Below, piece after piece: positions 1 through 13,954 of a stretch of DNA of 64,000 bases. A program made the position numbers and the translations under genes. The notes beneath the pieces are model-generated. The model was given only the letters and a program-made list of their open reading frames with translations, was not told where the DNA came from and searched no databases. The stretch covers positions 198,407,741-198,471,740 of the forward strand of contig CM041465.1 of NCBI GenBank assembly GCA_023213395.1. Reading direction: 5' to 3'. Source of the DNA: Cycas panzhihuaensis. Taxonomy: Eukaryota; Plantae; Cycadophyta. Each line of letters starts with the position of its first letter. The first letter of the stretch is position 1.

Positions 1-3000
1 ATCTAGACAGCCGTTTATTATATCAATGTTGTTAGCCCATCAAAGGAAGTATAATCACCTAACGAAAAGTGGTCAGGACAAGTCCCCATTGTTCACTACT
101 TTAGAATTTTTGGCTCTACATGCTATGCCCATATTCTGGATGTAGATCGAAATAAACTCCAGCTAAGGGCACTTAAAGGCATCTTTATTGGATACCCTTT
201 AGATAAGAAAGGGTATAAGGTCTTCATACCTTCACAATAAAAAATCATCATTACTAGAGATGTCATTTTTGTGGAGACAGAGGATCGGTTACTTAAATTA
301 GACTCTATAGTACCCTCATGCTGCTATAATAATGTTATTAAGTATGATGTTTAGATTCTAAAATTTAGGGCGGGGACAGACATAAATTACTCCAAATGTT
401 GGAATCTAACAATAGAGCCTTGGAGGATACAAGTTATGACTCTAAACAAATGAGTACACATCTAGCACCATCTTTTGAAGATAACAGAGTTGACAAAGGC
501 AAAGCCATTATAGAAGAACCATCCTCTCCACCTTTAGTTGACAAAGACAAAACAGTGGTAGAAGGACCATCTTCCTCAAGCACATGAACATCCTCCTCAC
601 AAAATAATCATTTTAATGAACATGATGAGAACCAAGAAGTTGGGGAAATGAGGATATCATTCCCAACTCCAGGATCTCAAGAAGCCCGCTAGCTCAATAA
701 GGACATACGACCAGATGAGGTGGGCAAAACTGGCACTTGAAGTGCCCATAGAGCAAGGATGCAAGAATCATTATATACTGAGCTTGAACTAACAGAATTG
801 TACCTTACTCTTAATGAAGAGCCCTTAACATACCAAGAAGCTGTAAAGCATACAACTTGGAGAAATGACATGAACGAAGAGTACCAATCTCTTATCAAGA
901 ACGGTACATGGGAGCTCATTGATCTACCACTTGGCAGAAAGGTAGTTCAAAATAAATGGGTGTTCAAAAACAAATATAGATCAGACAACACCCTTGAAAA
1001 ACACAAGGCGAGGTTGGTAGCTAAAGGATTTACACAAAGAGAAGGCATCGACTACACTGAAGTCTTTGTACCTACAACCAAGTGGCCTACAATTAGAACT
1101 CTTATGGCCTTGGCTGCTCAACAGGGTTAGAAAATCCACCAACTTGATATTAAGACTGTATTTCTCATTGGAGATCTTAAAGAAGAAATTTACATGGCTC
1201 AGCTAGAAGGATATGAGATCGAAGGTCAAGAGCATAAGGTTTGCAGGCTCAGAAAGTCCTTGTATGGCCTTAAACAAGCCCCTCACGCCTGGTTTGCCAA
1301 GTTGTCTAAAAGGATGAGGCAACTCGGATATGAGGTTTGTGACTATCAAGATATTGATGCAACGTTATTCATCAAGCACCATAAGGATAAAGTCACTTAT
1401 CTTATAATCTTTGTGAATGACATGCTAGTAATGGGTAATAATGAATAAGCAATAAGCCAGCTGAAAAAGGACCTTGGCAAAACGTTCAAATTGTCTAACC
1501 TCGGTTTAATGAAATATTACTTGGAAATTGAAGTAACATAAAAGAATGGAAAATTTTTCCTTTCCCAAGAAAAATACACCAATGATCTTCTAACCAAGTT
1601 TCAGTTAGAAGATGCTCGACCAGTGATGTTACCTATGGATCCTAACACCAAACTCTCAGCTGAAGCTGACACTAGGGAGGCAGACATAACACTCTAGAGG
1701 AAACTTGTAGGTAGCCTCATCTACACTACCAATACAAAGCCAGATATTATATACTTTATCGGTATTCTTGCTTATTACATGACAAATCCTAAGCAGAATC
1801 ATTGTCAGGCAGTAGTGCCAGTGTTGAGATACCTTAAGACAACTAGCAAATATGGTTCATTGTATGAACCTAATTCAGAATTCAAGCTTTCTGCATACAC
1901 AAACTCAAACTTTGCAGGAGATAAAGATATAGGAAGATCTACATCTCGGTATGTAATGTTTCTTGGAATAGCACCAATATCATAGAGATCCAGACGGTAG
2001 AAGATAGTTGCAGATTCAACTGCCGAAGTTGAATACATTGCTACTTATGAGACAAGTAAAGAGGTGATATGGCTGAGAAAATTATTGAAAACATTGAATA
2101 TCACCCAAAGAAGTCCTACGAGTCTTCATGTGGATAATCAATCAGCAATTTGCATGGCAAAAAATCTTGTATTTCATGATCGTACTAAATACATAAGTAT
2201 GAAAGTCCACAGGATTAGGGAACTTGTTTATGACAGCACAATTCAATTAGATTACTATCCCACAACAAATCAAGTGGTTGATATCTTCACCACACTATTG
2301 CAAAGGGTGAAGTTTGAATAGTTTCGAAGGTAGATTGGCCTTAGGGCCTCCATCTTCGATTGATTAAAGAAGATGGCAATAGGATCATCATACTCTATTC
2401 TCTTTATGAAAATCTCTTGTGGGCACAGAAGAATAAGAGTAAGTCTCTCCTCTATCCTCTTTATGAAAACCCCATGTGGGCACGGAAGGATAAGGGTTGT
2501 ACTTGTTTTGGAAAATCATAACCTGTGAAAACACAAAAGGGCATAGGGAATGACCAAACAGTATATGGAGACTTAGCAAATTAAGTTGTACATTTAAGCT
2601 TCTTAGCTATCAGGCTACATCAAAGAGCCACCTTAGCCATTCTAATTTATTAAAAGGGCTATAGATCTTAGAAAGTTCGTGGGTTTTTATTCCCCATGAG
2701 GGTTTTCTCACAAAAGTGTCATTTAGAATTTCAATATAATAATGAGGCTCAAATGAAAACCTCATAGAATAGATTTTCTAAAAATGACCTTCCACCATTA
2801 AGGGGGCGATTGAAAGAGATTAATGTATCAAGGCCATTTGTGTAGATTAATTATGTGGCCTTAGGATATATTATTAGCATTAGTCTCTTAATGAAATGTA
2901 CTTTATATGCATTTAGATGTAATTTCGGGTTCATGTCATTAGGCAGAAAAATCCTAACCCTAATGCTCACCCTCAATAATAAAAGGTAAAATCTCAAGGA

Positions 3001-3122
3001 GGGAGTCATTATTCATTCTCACCTCAAAGCTTGCTCTCATATCTTGTTTCATCTTCTTTTTTATTCTCCATTGCTATTATGTGCATGTGAGTGATTTATC
3101 TCCTAGATCCATCATTCCTTCA
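1..3122 (+). mobile_element. Ty1/copia LTR retrotransposon, 3' part (integrase end, RT, RNase H, PPT, 3' LTR); degenerate, 5' part lies outside the window
   Basis: ORF fragments with copia motifs: EPLTYQEA..W..M.EEY.SL.KNGTWEL, KARLVAKGFTQREGIDY, LRKSLYGLKQAP.AW, IFVND (decayed YVDD), RNase H AYTNSNFAGD..RSTS and VDNQSAI.MAKN.VFHDRTK. Many in-frame stops; pol ends ~2363. PPT 'taagggggcgat' at 2799-2810. Confidence 0.95.
2811..3122 (+). repeat. 3' LTR (312 bp, TGAAAG...CTTCA) of the copia element
   Basis: Follows the PPT directly, has TG...CA ends, and aligns end-to-end with 32602-32913. Confidence 0.92.
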
Positions 3123-6100
3123 ATAGGGACATAGGAAATAAAAGAACCTCACGTAGAAATGGGGATTTTACATAATCAAGAAAATGTCTCCTTGGCCTTA
3201 ACGAAGTAGAACGTTAAGGCAAGGATGATAGATAGAGAATACATGAATGGATGGGTTATTATAACTATTGTTGTTATTGTTATTATTGGGAAATAGTATG
3301 AGATGGAAAAGTAGGACTAGGATTAAACTAAGCTGCAAGGTTAACCATAGAATTGGTTTAAGGTATAAGGTATTGTGGGAAAATTAGATTAAAAGAGGAT
3401 AAAGAATTTAGTTGTGGAGTAGGTCTTAGAATGTACATAGAAGAAGTGGGATTAGAGACTCTTAAAGCTTGCAATTGACTAACTAAAGCATGAGGATGGA
3501 TGGGCTGAGTATAAGAAATGTGTTGGGAGGAAGGGACTGTGTTAGACACTCTAGTAGATAAAGGGAAAGGTATAACACTATAAGACAAAATGGTATGTGA
3601 TGTATGAGGGGGTAATTGAGTGGTGGAAGAAATATGATAGTAAGAAGCAACTTTAGTGGTATAAGAGTGGATAGGTCCTAAACTCATTGAAGGTAAAGCC
3701 ACTTTACTAGAAGTAGGTATCTAAGAGGAACTAGCATTTCCATGGGTAGGAATAATAGTAATACCCTCATATGTAAAAGGTATGATATGAGGAGAGTGAA
3801 TCTGAATTTGTTATTTAGGAGGAGAGTGGTGAGGCTATGAATACGTAGACTTATAGTCATCCACTTCCTCTAAATAAGGGTGATGGGATCAATGTAAAGG
3901 TCTAGATGAAGGAGGATAAGAAGGATAAAGAGACCAAACAACATAAGTAGAGGCTCTACTTCTATTAACTCATAATCCTTACCTAAAGGTTCAATATGAA
4001 GATGTTGTGGTGGGGATGTCATGGTATGAGTCTCTAGATAAAACAAGTCTTGGTAACAAGGCATGTATAGTGGAGTAGAAATCCTATCAAGAATTGGCTC
4101 AAAAAATGATGAATATGATTGATTATAAGGCAGTTCTTGTTGTGCAAAAGAAGGATCTACAAAAAAAAGATCACCAAGATATTAAGAGGGTTCAATGTAT
4201 CCTTATTATATGAGTATGTCATATAATTGGGTTGAATATTCAAGAGGATAAATGAAAATGTCATGAGCTTGAAGTTTTGAAGATTTAATATAAGATGATG
4301 AGATATGTAGACCAAAGTGTAAAGGATGCACTTCAGGATCTAGTGGGAGGCCTTGGAGCCTCAAAGAGCGCTTAGGGGTAGGTGTTGTAGTTTCTACTTC
4401 TTTAAAAAGAAAATAAATAGTAGCTACCTAGTATAGTCACTAGAAAGATGGTGTTGTCTTGACTAGACCTAAACTAGATATCTCTTAATTGGTGGAGTAT
4501 TTCCTTTATTTCAATTAGGATGGAGAGATATATGGTTTAAGAAGACTTAAGTAACCACATTTACCCAACTCCTAAGGAGTCTTTATCTATTATGCTATTA
4601 AATAAGATATGAACTGAGAAATGTGATGAAAGGCTTGGATATAAGGCAGGTGGTAGAATCCACTAACCTACACACCTGGGCAAAGGGGTTCTCGATTCGA
4701 AGCTACTCTGACAATATTTTTAATATCCTTCTTAGGAACTTCTATCCTTTGATCCTTTTAACTTTCTGAGTTTTACTTGGATAAAGGGAAGGGTTAAGTA
4801 AATGGGAAGATTTTCTTTCCTTTTCTATTTATTTTATTTTATTTATGTTTTTGTCTTTTTCTTATTTAACAAAATGAAACAAAATAAACTAAGGCAATCA
4901 ATGAAACAATAAGGCCTATTCTACCTTGAATCAATAAGTTAAAAAATAAACTAAAACCAGATGCATGCAATATATTTTTTTGTCATTTTTTACTTTAGAG
5001 ATAAAACATACTAATGCAAGTATGAAACTATTCTTTTAAATGCAATATACATACTCCATAATAAAAGGAAAGGCACCAATAAGAAACACAACACACCATG
5101 CAATTGTTTTATGCAAACTTTCAAAGAATTTGATAACATGCAATACTAATTGAAAGATTTTTATATCACACACATGTTATCTTTTCTTTGAATGAATGTT
5201 ATATGATATAAATGAGAGATTTCAAAGACGTATTATTACTATTTAATATAAAATTTTAAACCCTTAAAATTACATGCAAATAATAAAACCTTAATCACAA
5301 TCTTTATACAAAATACTAGCTGCAAAACTTTAAAGATTCTATCTCAATTAAAATAAGAAAGACTCCAAAAGGATCTTTAAATATCTACTAGTCTGAGAAA
5401 TCAAGTGTATTTTTCATTCATCATTTTAAATTCTCTTTTCAAGGAAAAGAAAGCAATCTTAAAAGTGAAATTAAACAAACAATAAAACTATAAAATCAAG
5501 ACTTCTTTTTTAGTATAAAAATATGCTTCAGAATAACTCTTTTCTTTTAATTGATCAATTCTTTCTAATTTTTTCCCTTAAAATAAGTAAATAAAGAGAA
5601 AAAACAAGTGATGAGGGCTAAACCACAACCAAACAAAGCCAAGAAAGATGATAAATTACTTAGAATACAGACTGCTATGTAAGAATGGGAAGGGGTAGCT
5701 CTTTGAATAGTGGAGAGATGACCATGCCCAACCTTAGTCTATCCCTTATAAACCCCATAAAGGGCTAATCTTTCAGTTGATATTCTAAGTCAAAAATATA
5801 TACAAGATCACCACAATAACTAGCCAAAAGAAAGATTAGATTCTAAGTAAGAAAACAGCCTCCAATAGTCAGTAGAATAACAAGAAATCATATAGAAAGG
5901 TCTTACTAATTTAGAATAACTTTAAGGCCAAAAACTTTGAGAAAAACCATAAGAGTTAAAGATTAAACCATCAATATTTGAATATCAGTGAAGCAACAAG
6001 TTATAGCATCAAATTCTTCTCTTGATTTCACCCATAAGTATCACCAAAATTAATCTTAAAGTCACAAGAGTAGTTGTCCTAAAAGAATCTCTCAAAAACT

Positions 6101-6830
6101 TGATGAATCACACCCTCTAACTCTCATTGACTAAGTAACAATACCCTACTAATCATTCATGGGCGTTGAAAAGATAAGATTTCATCAAATCTCGATAGCA
6201 GCATATAAAGATCTAGTGCACTAACTAAGTTTTATATGCACGACAATAAAAAACATGACCGATTATATTTTTGTACCTACCAAAAATGTGACTTTACTCT
6301 AAAAATATGATCAATCATGCTTTTGGCAACACTAAAAATGTCATAAATATGGAAGTAAAAGTTAACTTATCAAAAACTTAAAATTTAATTTTGAAATATA
6401 AATTAAAGTACAAACAACTTTATGAATGAGTGAAGAGGCCCAAAACAAGATGAAAATGATAAACACAACGCCAAAAATGATTAAAAGATAATAAAATTTA
6501 GGTGAAACCAAGAGTAAATCTTAAAACTAAAAAAGTTTTAAAAGAAAATTTAGATTAAATTGATCGTGAAGGAAAATTTTAATGCCATAGTCTCAGTTAT
6601 TGGTAGTTGATAGTAAAGTACACATCATATCATCATCCATCATGCATCGTAAAGCAAAATCAATATATTTATTCATCAAAACATAGCCTAATTCATCATA
6701 AAACAAGTTTAGCATTCATTCTTCTCATGAAACCATACAAGAACTAGATCAAAAATTATAAATACAAATAAGAGGCTAAATTTTAGTAAAACCAATATGA
6801 CTAAGAGTTTTTAGTTTAATTTATCCCTTG
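3123..6830 (-). mobile_element. Degenerate non-chromovirus Ty3/gypsy (Tat/Athila-like) 5' region: leader and Pro/Ser-rich gag N-terminus, cut at 3123 by the copia element
   Basis: Minus strand reads RSLRLQGLPLDPE (4332-4370), a Pro/Ser/His-rich tract (ORF 3358-3702) and DYVKSPFLREV (~3145-3178), resembling Tat/Athila gag starts. Possible decayed PBS near 6030-6047. Right boundary set only by where A/B homology starts. Confidence 0.5.
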
Positions 6831-7399
6831 GAGTTATGGCTTCAACTATGAGAGTAAAAAATAAGCAAAATGAGAGTAGGTGAAGTCTACTTGGCAAGTG
6901 AATATTAGTGAACCATATATAAGAAAGTCATTTTAGAGGACTAGTAAGTACAACAACTAGTTACACATATGCTTCAATAGATGTTTGGGTTTTATATGGA
7001 TCTATCATCAAGATTTAAAATAGTTATGTGATATGGTCTAGCATTAAAAGGGGAATATTAGGTAATTTTAACCTATAAAAATATTTAATTAATGTAAACC
7101 AATATGGGTATCCCTTCAATATATATTAGGGAATTATAGTGTACACACTTCTTTATGTTGTAGGTTGTTGATTGACCGAGTGGCTCATGAAATGTAATTG
7201 GATAACTAAATAGTTTAATATACCATAAATACATATAGGTTTGATAATACAATTTGGAGGTAGTCATTTCCTATAAGTATATTATATTGTGAACATACAT
7301 ATTTATGTTTATTCTTTATTTCCATCTATATGGTATAGTCTCATAATCTTGTATGATCATAGGACCTGTGCAACCAATGTTTATACACTTTTATTTCTA

Positions 7400-9622
7400 T
7401 CATTTGGTATCTCAATATGTTTTTCTCCTACCATATTCTAAGAAATATAATATATATAATGTGTTTCATTCTACTTGTTATATGTGGTTATCGTATTTCT
7501 AGTTGAAAGTGCATCTTCAACTAGACTTTTTGATGGCTAAAAATCTTATATTATGCATAACTCAGAATTTTTATTTTTAATCAATCTCTCTCAAATAATA
7601 TATGAGATCTTTCCTTATCTCATATTAGATAGTTAACTCTAACCATTTATTCTCAAACAACATCAACATATATCTCACCTTCCACTTCAAAGGAACTCAG
7701 TTAAGACTAAACAAAATAATAATCTCATTCATTAATAGTATCCTTTTAAATATATCAAGATGGCATCAAATATATCCTTCAATCATTCATTCAATTAGGT
7801 GATTATCATCATTTTTCTTGAACTTTTCATGTCTTAAATTTATCATGATTTAATTGGCTCATGATAAAGATTTTTATTCTTCTTCATGGGGGATCAAAAA
7901 ACATTATCCTAGAATGTAAATGTGTCATTTTTCATCATTCGATAGGTTCTCAAGTATGTTTAAAACTTGAAAAATGAAACAATTTTTTTCCCCCCTTCTC
8001 TTTCCATTAAAATTCACTAAAACATTTATAGAAAAATGTATAAAATACACCAAGGAACCTTCCACCATTCAAAATAGATTCTCATGTACTTCACATTTTT
8101 CAAAATTGAAGCCATTAAATATATTAAATGAGATATTCAAACTTCTAGTTATAAGTTTTTTATCAAACAAGTGTTTATCATCATTAAAATACATTTAATA
8201 TGCATCGATATACACCTAAGAACCCTTAAAATTATTAAAAAAATAAAAAGACAAAATATGAATTTAGATTTCTCAACAAGTGACTTCAGAACTATATCCA
8301 AAAATACTTTTCCAAATTTACTAATTAAAATTTCTATCCTTTAATTTCTAAGGTATACCTCACAATCACTAATTATTTATGCATATGAATTTACTTTCTA
8401 ATGCCTTAAATAAATCAAAATTTTGACTTCAAGTAAAAGATTTATTCTTAAAATACTACTAGTGTGTCATTAAAAAATTAAATATAGCTACACATGCCTC
8501 TCATAATAGATTTAACTCATATATATATAGGGGGATAGCCTACATAGGTTAACTTCAAGTAGTAATAGCCTTCCTCACATATTTGTGGAATAGTTCAAAC
8601 TTATATATTTTATGAAATATGATGCATCACATGCATAAATACATCCATATAAAAGAATCAATAAAATATCACCATTATTTAGCTTTCAGTACTATCAACA
8701 TACCCTTGATACATGGTCATATCTCATTGACAGACACCCAATTCATAGCTTATTAAAATAATCTATTAATTAACTTTCAAAATGACTCAAACTAGCTTGA
8801 TACTAGCTCTTTAATATCTATACAAAATGTATGTATGGATCATCTTTAGATAGCAAAGATTTCCACTAAGTGATTATGGTCTTTAATATCTTATTTCTTT
8901 ACTTCATTCATCTCAAATTAGCTTTTCACACAACTCCCTATATTTCCTGTTGACTCTAACCTCTTTCTACATACTTCTTGCTTTATTTAGGCTATGATAC
9001 CATTTAAAATTTATGAAATCATCTTGTGTGTCACTTTGAAATTATCTCATAGGTCTTCGAGGATCTTCTACTGATTATAAACTCTCTCTATATACTTCTT
9101 GCTTTACTTAGGTTCTAATATCATATTAAAATTTATAAAATTGTCTTGTTAAAATTTCATATACTTTAATACTATACTAGAATTGTTATGTATATAAGTA
9201 GATTTCATTTTATAAAGAATTCATATCTTATAAATTACATAAACAATAATTGAATTATGATTCATAAGGTAATCATAAGATAAGACACTAAGCACATATA
9301 AATAAGATATGTATACATCAATATGACATCATCATACATAGAAAAAATATCATATAAGATAAAATTTATATATGAAAAGCTCTTGATTAAAAAAATCATA
9401 AGAGAAAAGTGATCAGTCGATGTGCGTACATATATATAATGATCATCACCTCATATATAACTAATAGAATATGAGAACTTCATTAATCAATGTTATCATA
9501 TTAGTACTTCAGCTAGTTAGATTATATGTAAGAACTTTTACATTGACCAATCATATTATATTACAACTTGACTATATAAATTAAACATTACATTGAATAT
9601 TATGAAATCTAGTATTTTAATA
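7400..9622 (-). mobile_element. Very old, internally deleted Ty1/copia relic (copy A)
   Basis: Minus-strand tRNA-Met-type PBS remnants at 8991-9002 and 9112-9123, and an LTR-like block 9124-9622 with T(A)TTAAAAT/ATTTTAA(T)A ends. Scattered motifs: LRVL..C..HVNDDK..FDEK (clearer in copy B ORF 41605-41844) and SRMKHI (RNase H end, ~7460). Confidence 0.4.
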
Positions 9623-9744
9623 AAATTATGTTAGGAATCCAATCTCTAACTCACATTCTCTTATATCTTCTACTTCTTGTCTTTTATCTTCTTTTCTATC
9701 TTTTATTTCTTCTACTTCTTTTCTCTTCTTAATATCCTACATGC

Positions 9745-9746
<2 letters not shown>

Positions 9747-9778
<32 letters not shown>
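9747..9778. repeat. (TA)n microsatellite inside the gypsy 5' LTR
   Basis: Pure TA run; the orthologous copy B LTR has non-repetitive sequence here. Confidence 0.95.
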
Positions 9779-9780
<2 letters not shown>

Positions 9781-12700
9781 CCTTAGAGGAGTATCTTAAA
9801 TATGATTTCTATCATATATAATTAAGAGGTTACCTCCTTGAAGGGTAGTGCAATATAAGTGCTCTCTTTGATATTATTTGCGTATTGTGTTGGTGTATTA
9901 TTTATTGTCATTGAATGAGTGGTATTCTACCATGTGGTGAGTGATTGATGCACAGCCTATGGGAGAGTCAAACGTATTGAATAGTCAATTCTTTCCCATC
10001 AATTTTCATTCTTATCAATATTTATTCTTATTTTAAATTTCTACTTAATTACTTTAACGTTTTAGGTGTAAACAATACTATAATTAGGCAACTACCCTAA
10101 TACTACCATGGGGTAGTTTTTATCTGCATTTAGATAGAGACCCTATGATGGGGGTCTATAAATATCATGAGAAACTATCATGTTAAGCTAAGTGCATCAT
10201 AGCTTTTATGTCCCTTACATGAAAGATTAGAGATCACACTCATGAATTGAGCCTTAAATAAAACTCAGCTATGAAATTGTACCTCTATATACTTATGAGT
10301 ATATAAAAGGACCCCCTAGGTTTGTTTTCTTGGTATAAGTAACTATAAGAAACCTATTGACCATCTATAATTTATAGTGCACTAGTAAGCAGTTAGCACT
10401 GGAAAGTTACTATCCATATACCCTTGAGATGGTGGTAGTATAGTTATAGAGTAGAGTGTTAGCGTCTACAAGTTGATACTATTTATAACTAGGATAAGCA
10501 TATTAGAAGGCTTACAAACCATACAATCCTAGACCTAGTGAACTTGGTTAGTTTGTTAGTAGTATGTTTGCATCTAGTTAATTGATGAGTCAACCATCAT
10601 CAATCTATAAAACCTAGTATGTCCAACTAGTTTATTGTTAGTTCATATGCATACTGTTAATTAGTTAGTTAGTGAATTGTATGTAACTGAAAAGGTAAAA
10701 AAAGATAGAAAAGAAAAAAAAAAAAGGAGAAAAGTTTGTCAGACGATTGTAAGTAACTAAATAAAAAAAAGAAAATCCATATTACTTTATTATAAAACAT
10801 TAAAGATAACAATCTATAGACACCCTATCAAATCTATTTTGTTCATATTTACTAAATAGGATTTAACTTAGGACTAGTAAATAAATGTCCCCTAAGGTAA
10901 ATCCTAACTAGACTCAAGATCTTAACGATGTTATCATACAATTTCGAGGAAGCATATTACAAATCTAAACTCACTTTAATGAAAAATTTAAAAGGGTAAT
11001 GCTAGAGATCACAACTATGGAACTTTCTAAAGAGGAACACAACCATTATAAGTTAGAAGAAAAGATTGAATTCAATGACACTACTCACATAGGTGAGGGT
11101 TACTTTAATAAGGAAGATGAAGATAATGACAATAGACACTTTCATCTTAACTTCCTTCCTAAGGTGGAAATTGAGAAATTTAATTGCATGGATGTGCACG
11201 CCTATGTTACCCAAATGGAACAATACTTTTCTCATCACCAAGTTCAAATTGATAAGAAGATCCCTCTTATCTCTCTACACATAGAAACTAAAATCTAATA
11301 ATGGTGCCAATGGGTTATGAAAATAATTGGCAGGCTTAGTTATTAATGGGAGGGTCTTGTCAAGTACCTTATAGCTCAATATGATATCACTTTGGATCAC
11401 AACCACTTCAACCAGGTAGCTAAAGTTAGATAGGATAGTACTGTTTCAATTTACATGATATAATACTAATGTCTCTCTACAAAGGTTGATGGTCTCTATT
11501 AGGACAGATTACCTGAGTTGTACATTGGTGCATTATGAGATGACATCAGACATGAGTTATGACTCTTAAAACCTAATAACATCTTTATAGATATCAATTT
11601 GACTTGACATATCAAAGTTAAAACTAAGGCATCCTAACCATTTCCATGAGCATTCCTAGAAAAGCGACCATAATCTCAGGTTCTTTATGTATGAAAAGTA
11701 AATTCCCAAGAGATGGATGAAAAGTGGTTGGAAAAGTTATGTTTTCATTATAATCAAAAGTGGAACAAAGAACATAGGTTCTCTAAATGATGCTTATTCA
11801 TCATTAAGGATATTTAGAATGACGAACCAATAAAAGAAGTCCCTTTAGAGCCAGAAAATAATGATTGTGATCCACCTGAGGAGGAAGATGAAGATACTGC
11901 TACTATATCTGTGTATACCCTTGTTGGAATTATAACCCCATAAATACTCAAACTTTTTAGGTATATCAAGGAAAGGAAAGTTATCATCCTTAAAGATTTT
12001 AGGAGCACCCAAAATGTTTTTAATCGAAAACTTGCTGAAAAACTCAACTAGTTTCCATATCCTGTAAATAATTTTTAGGTTATTACTTGTCGAGAAAATA
12101 CCACAATATCAAGTTACAAATGGGTGACTATCACCACTCCACTTCCATATATGTTATTCTTATTAGGGGAGTTAATGTTATACTGAGGGTACAATGGCTC
12201 AAACCATTAAGGACTATTTAACAAAATATGTAAGAGATCTTTATCTAATTTACTTATGAAGGAATTGATTATTAATTAAATGGGATCATTCCTCCCCCAA
12301 CCTAAATCATCAATTCACACTATGTAGGGAGGCTCATTGAAAAGGTTGACACAGGGATCATTACTAAGTGTTATACTCTAGAAGGTTGGGAACTTCCAAT
12401 AGAGGGGGATATTCTCCAAGATGATATCATCCCAAATGACTTAAAATTGGTGCTTCATCATTAGAACTAGGTATTTTAGGATATTCCTCAAGGTCTCCCC
12501 CCAACATATGACCAAGATCATGACATTGGCCTAGTAGCTAGAAGTAATCCTCCTTATATTCAACTATATCAGTATCCCTACTAGCAAAAGAATAAAATTA
12601 AACAACTAGTTTAAGAACTCCTTAATGCTGGTACTATTAGGAAAAGTAAAAGTACATTTCTTACCCCAATGATTTTAGTAAGAAAAAAGGATGGCTCATA

Positions 12701-13917
12701 TTACATGTCCATAGACTACCATGATCTTAATAAGATAATCATCAAGGATAAATTTCTTATATCAGTCATTAACGAACTCTTAGATGAGATCCATTGAGCA
12801 ACATTCTTCACATCATTAGACTTGTAGTCATGATACCATTAAATTAGGATAAAGGTAGAGGATGTTCATAAGATGAAATTTTTTATATTTAAAGGGCATT
12901 ATGAATTTTTAGTCATATCATTTAACCTGACTAATACCCCATCCACCTTTCAAGGACTCATGAATAAACTTTTTTAGCCTTACTTAAGAAAGTTTATCTT
13001 AGTAGTTTTTTATGACAAACTGATCTTTAGTTACACTTAGGAAGACCATCTTCAACATGTTTATAAGGCATTGTAGGTGCTTGCAAATAACTAGCTTTAT
13101 GTAAAAAATCAAAGAGTTAATTCAACCAAATAGAAATAGAATATTTAGACCATATTATCTCCCAAGAAGGAGTCAAGGTGAATCACAAGAAAATTGCAGT
13201 TATTACAAACTAGCCTAAACCGAAAAACATTAAGGGCCTTCATGGATTCTTAAGAATCATAGTGTATTATTGAAAGTTTGTTTAGGGTTATGCAAGGATT
13301 GCATCCCCATTAATCAATCTATTAAAAAAGGATTTGAACACTTAAAGGTGGCTTTAACTACCACTCCAAACCTTACAATACCAAACTTTACAAAGACCTT
13401 AATCATTGAATCCAATGCATCAGGGTAAGGCATTCGAGTATTCTTAATGCAAGATGGGAAACCTCTAGCCTTTGAAAGTCATCAACTTACAACTAGGGAC
13501 AAGTCAAATCAACCTATGAGAAGGAGACATTATTAATTCTCTAATCAATTAGAAAATAATAATATTTACTAGGGACATATTTCTTGATTAAAATTGACCA
13601 TGATAGCTTAAAATATTTCCTAGCTCAAAGGACAACATCTAAGAAACAATAAAAATTGGTCACTAAAATGAAAGTCTTTTACTTTGAAATCATATATAGG
13701 AAAGGCAAGGATAATATAGTGGTTAATGCTTTGTCTTGCAAGGAAGAAGGTTCTGCAGTAAATTCCATCAGTAAGGTTAGTCCATCTTGTATAGCAATTG
13801 CTAAGCAAGAATAGGATTAGGACCCCTTTATAAAATACATCATTCAAGACCTTCGAGTTAGGGTAGGGCACTCAACCCACTACACATAGTCCACAAATAT
13901 TCTATGGTATAAGAATA

Positions 13918-13919
<2 letters not shown>

Positions 13920-13952
<33 letters not shown>
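13920..13952. repeat. (AT)n microsatellite inside gypsy pol
   Basis: Pure AT run; the copy B site (~47559) has only 'atatatatgta'. Confidence 0.95.

Positions 13953-13954
<2 letters not shown>

Noticed and set aside
6960-7280. Minus-strand 'ttatag' acceptor-like sites and ORF 7085-7267 as a spliced host gene relic
   Set aside because: Multiple stops, no recognisable family, and TE-like divergence between copies.
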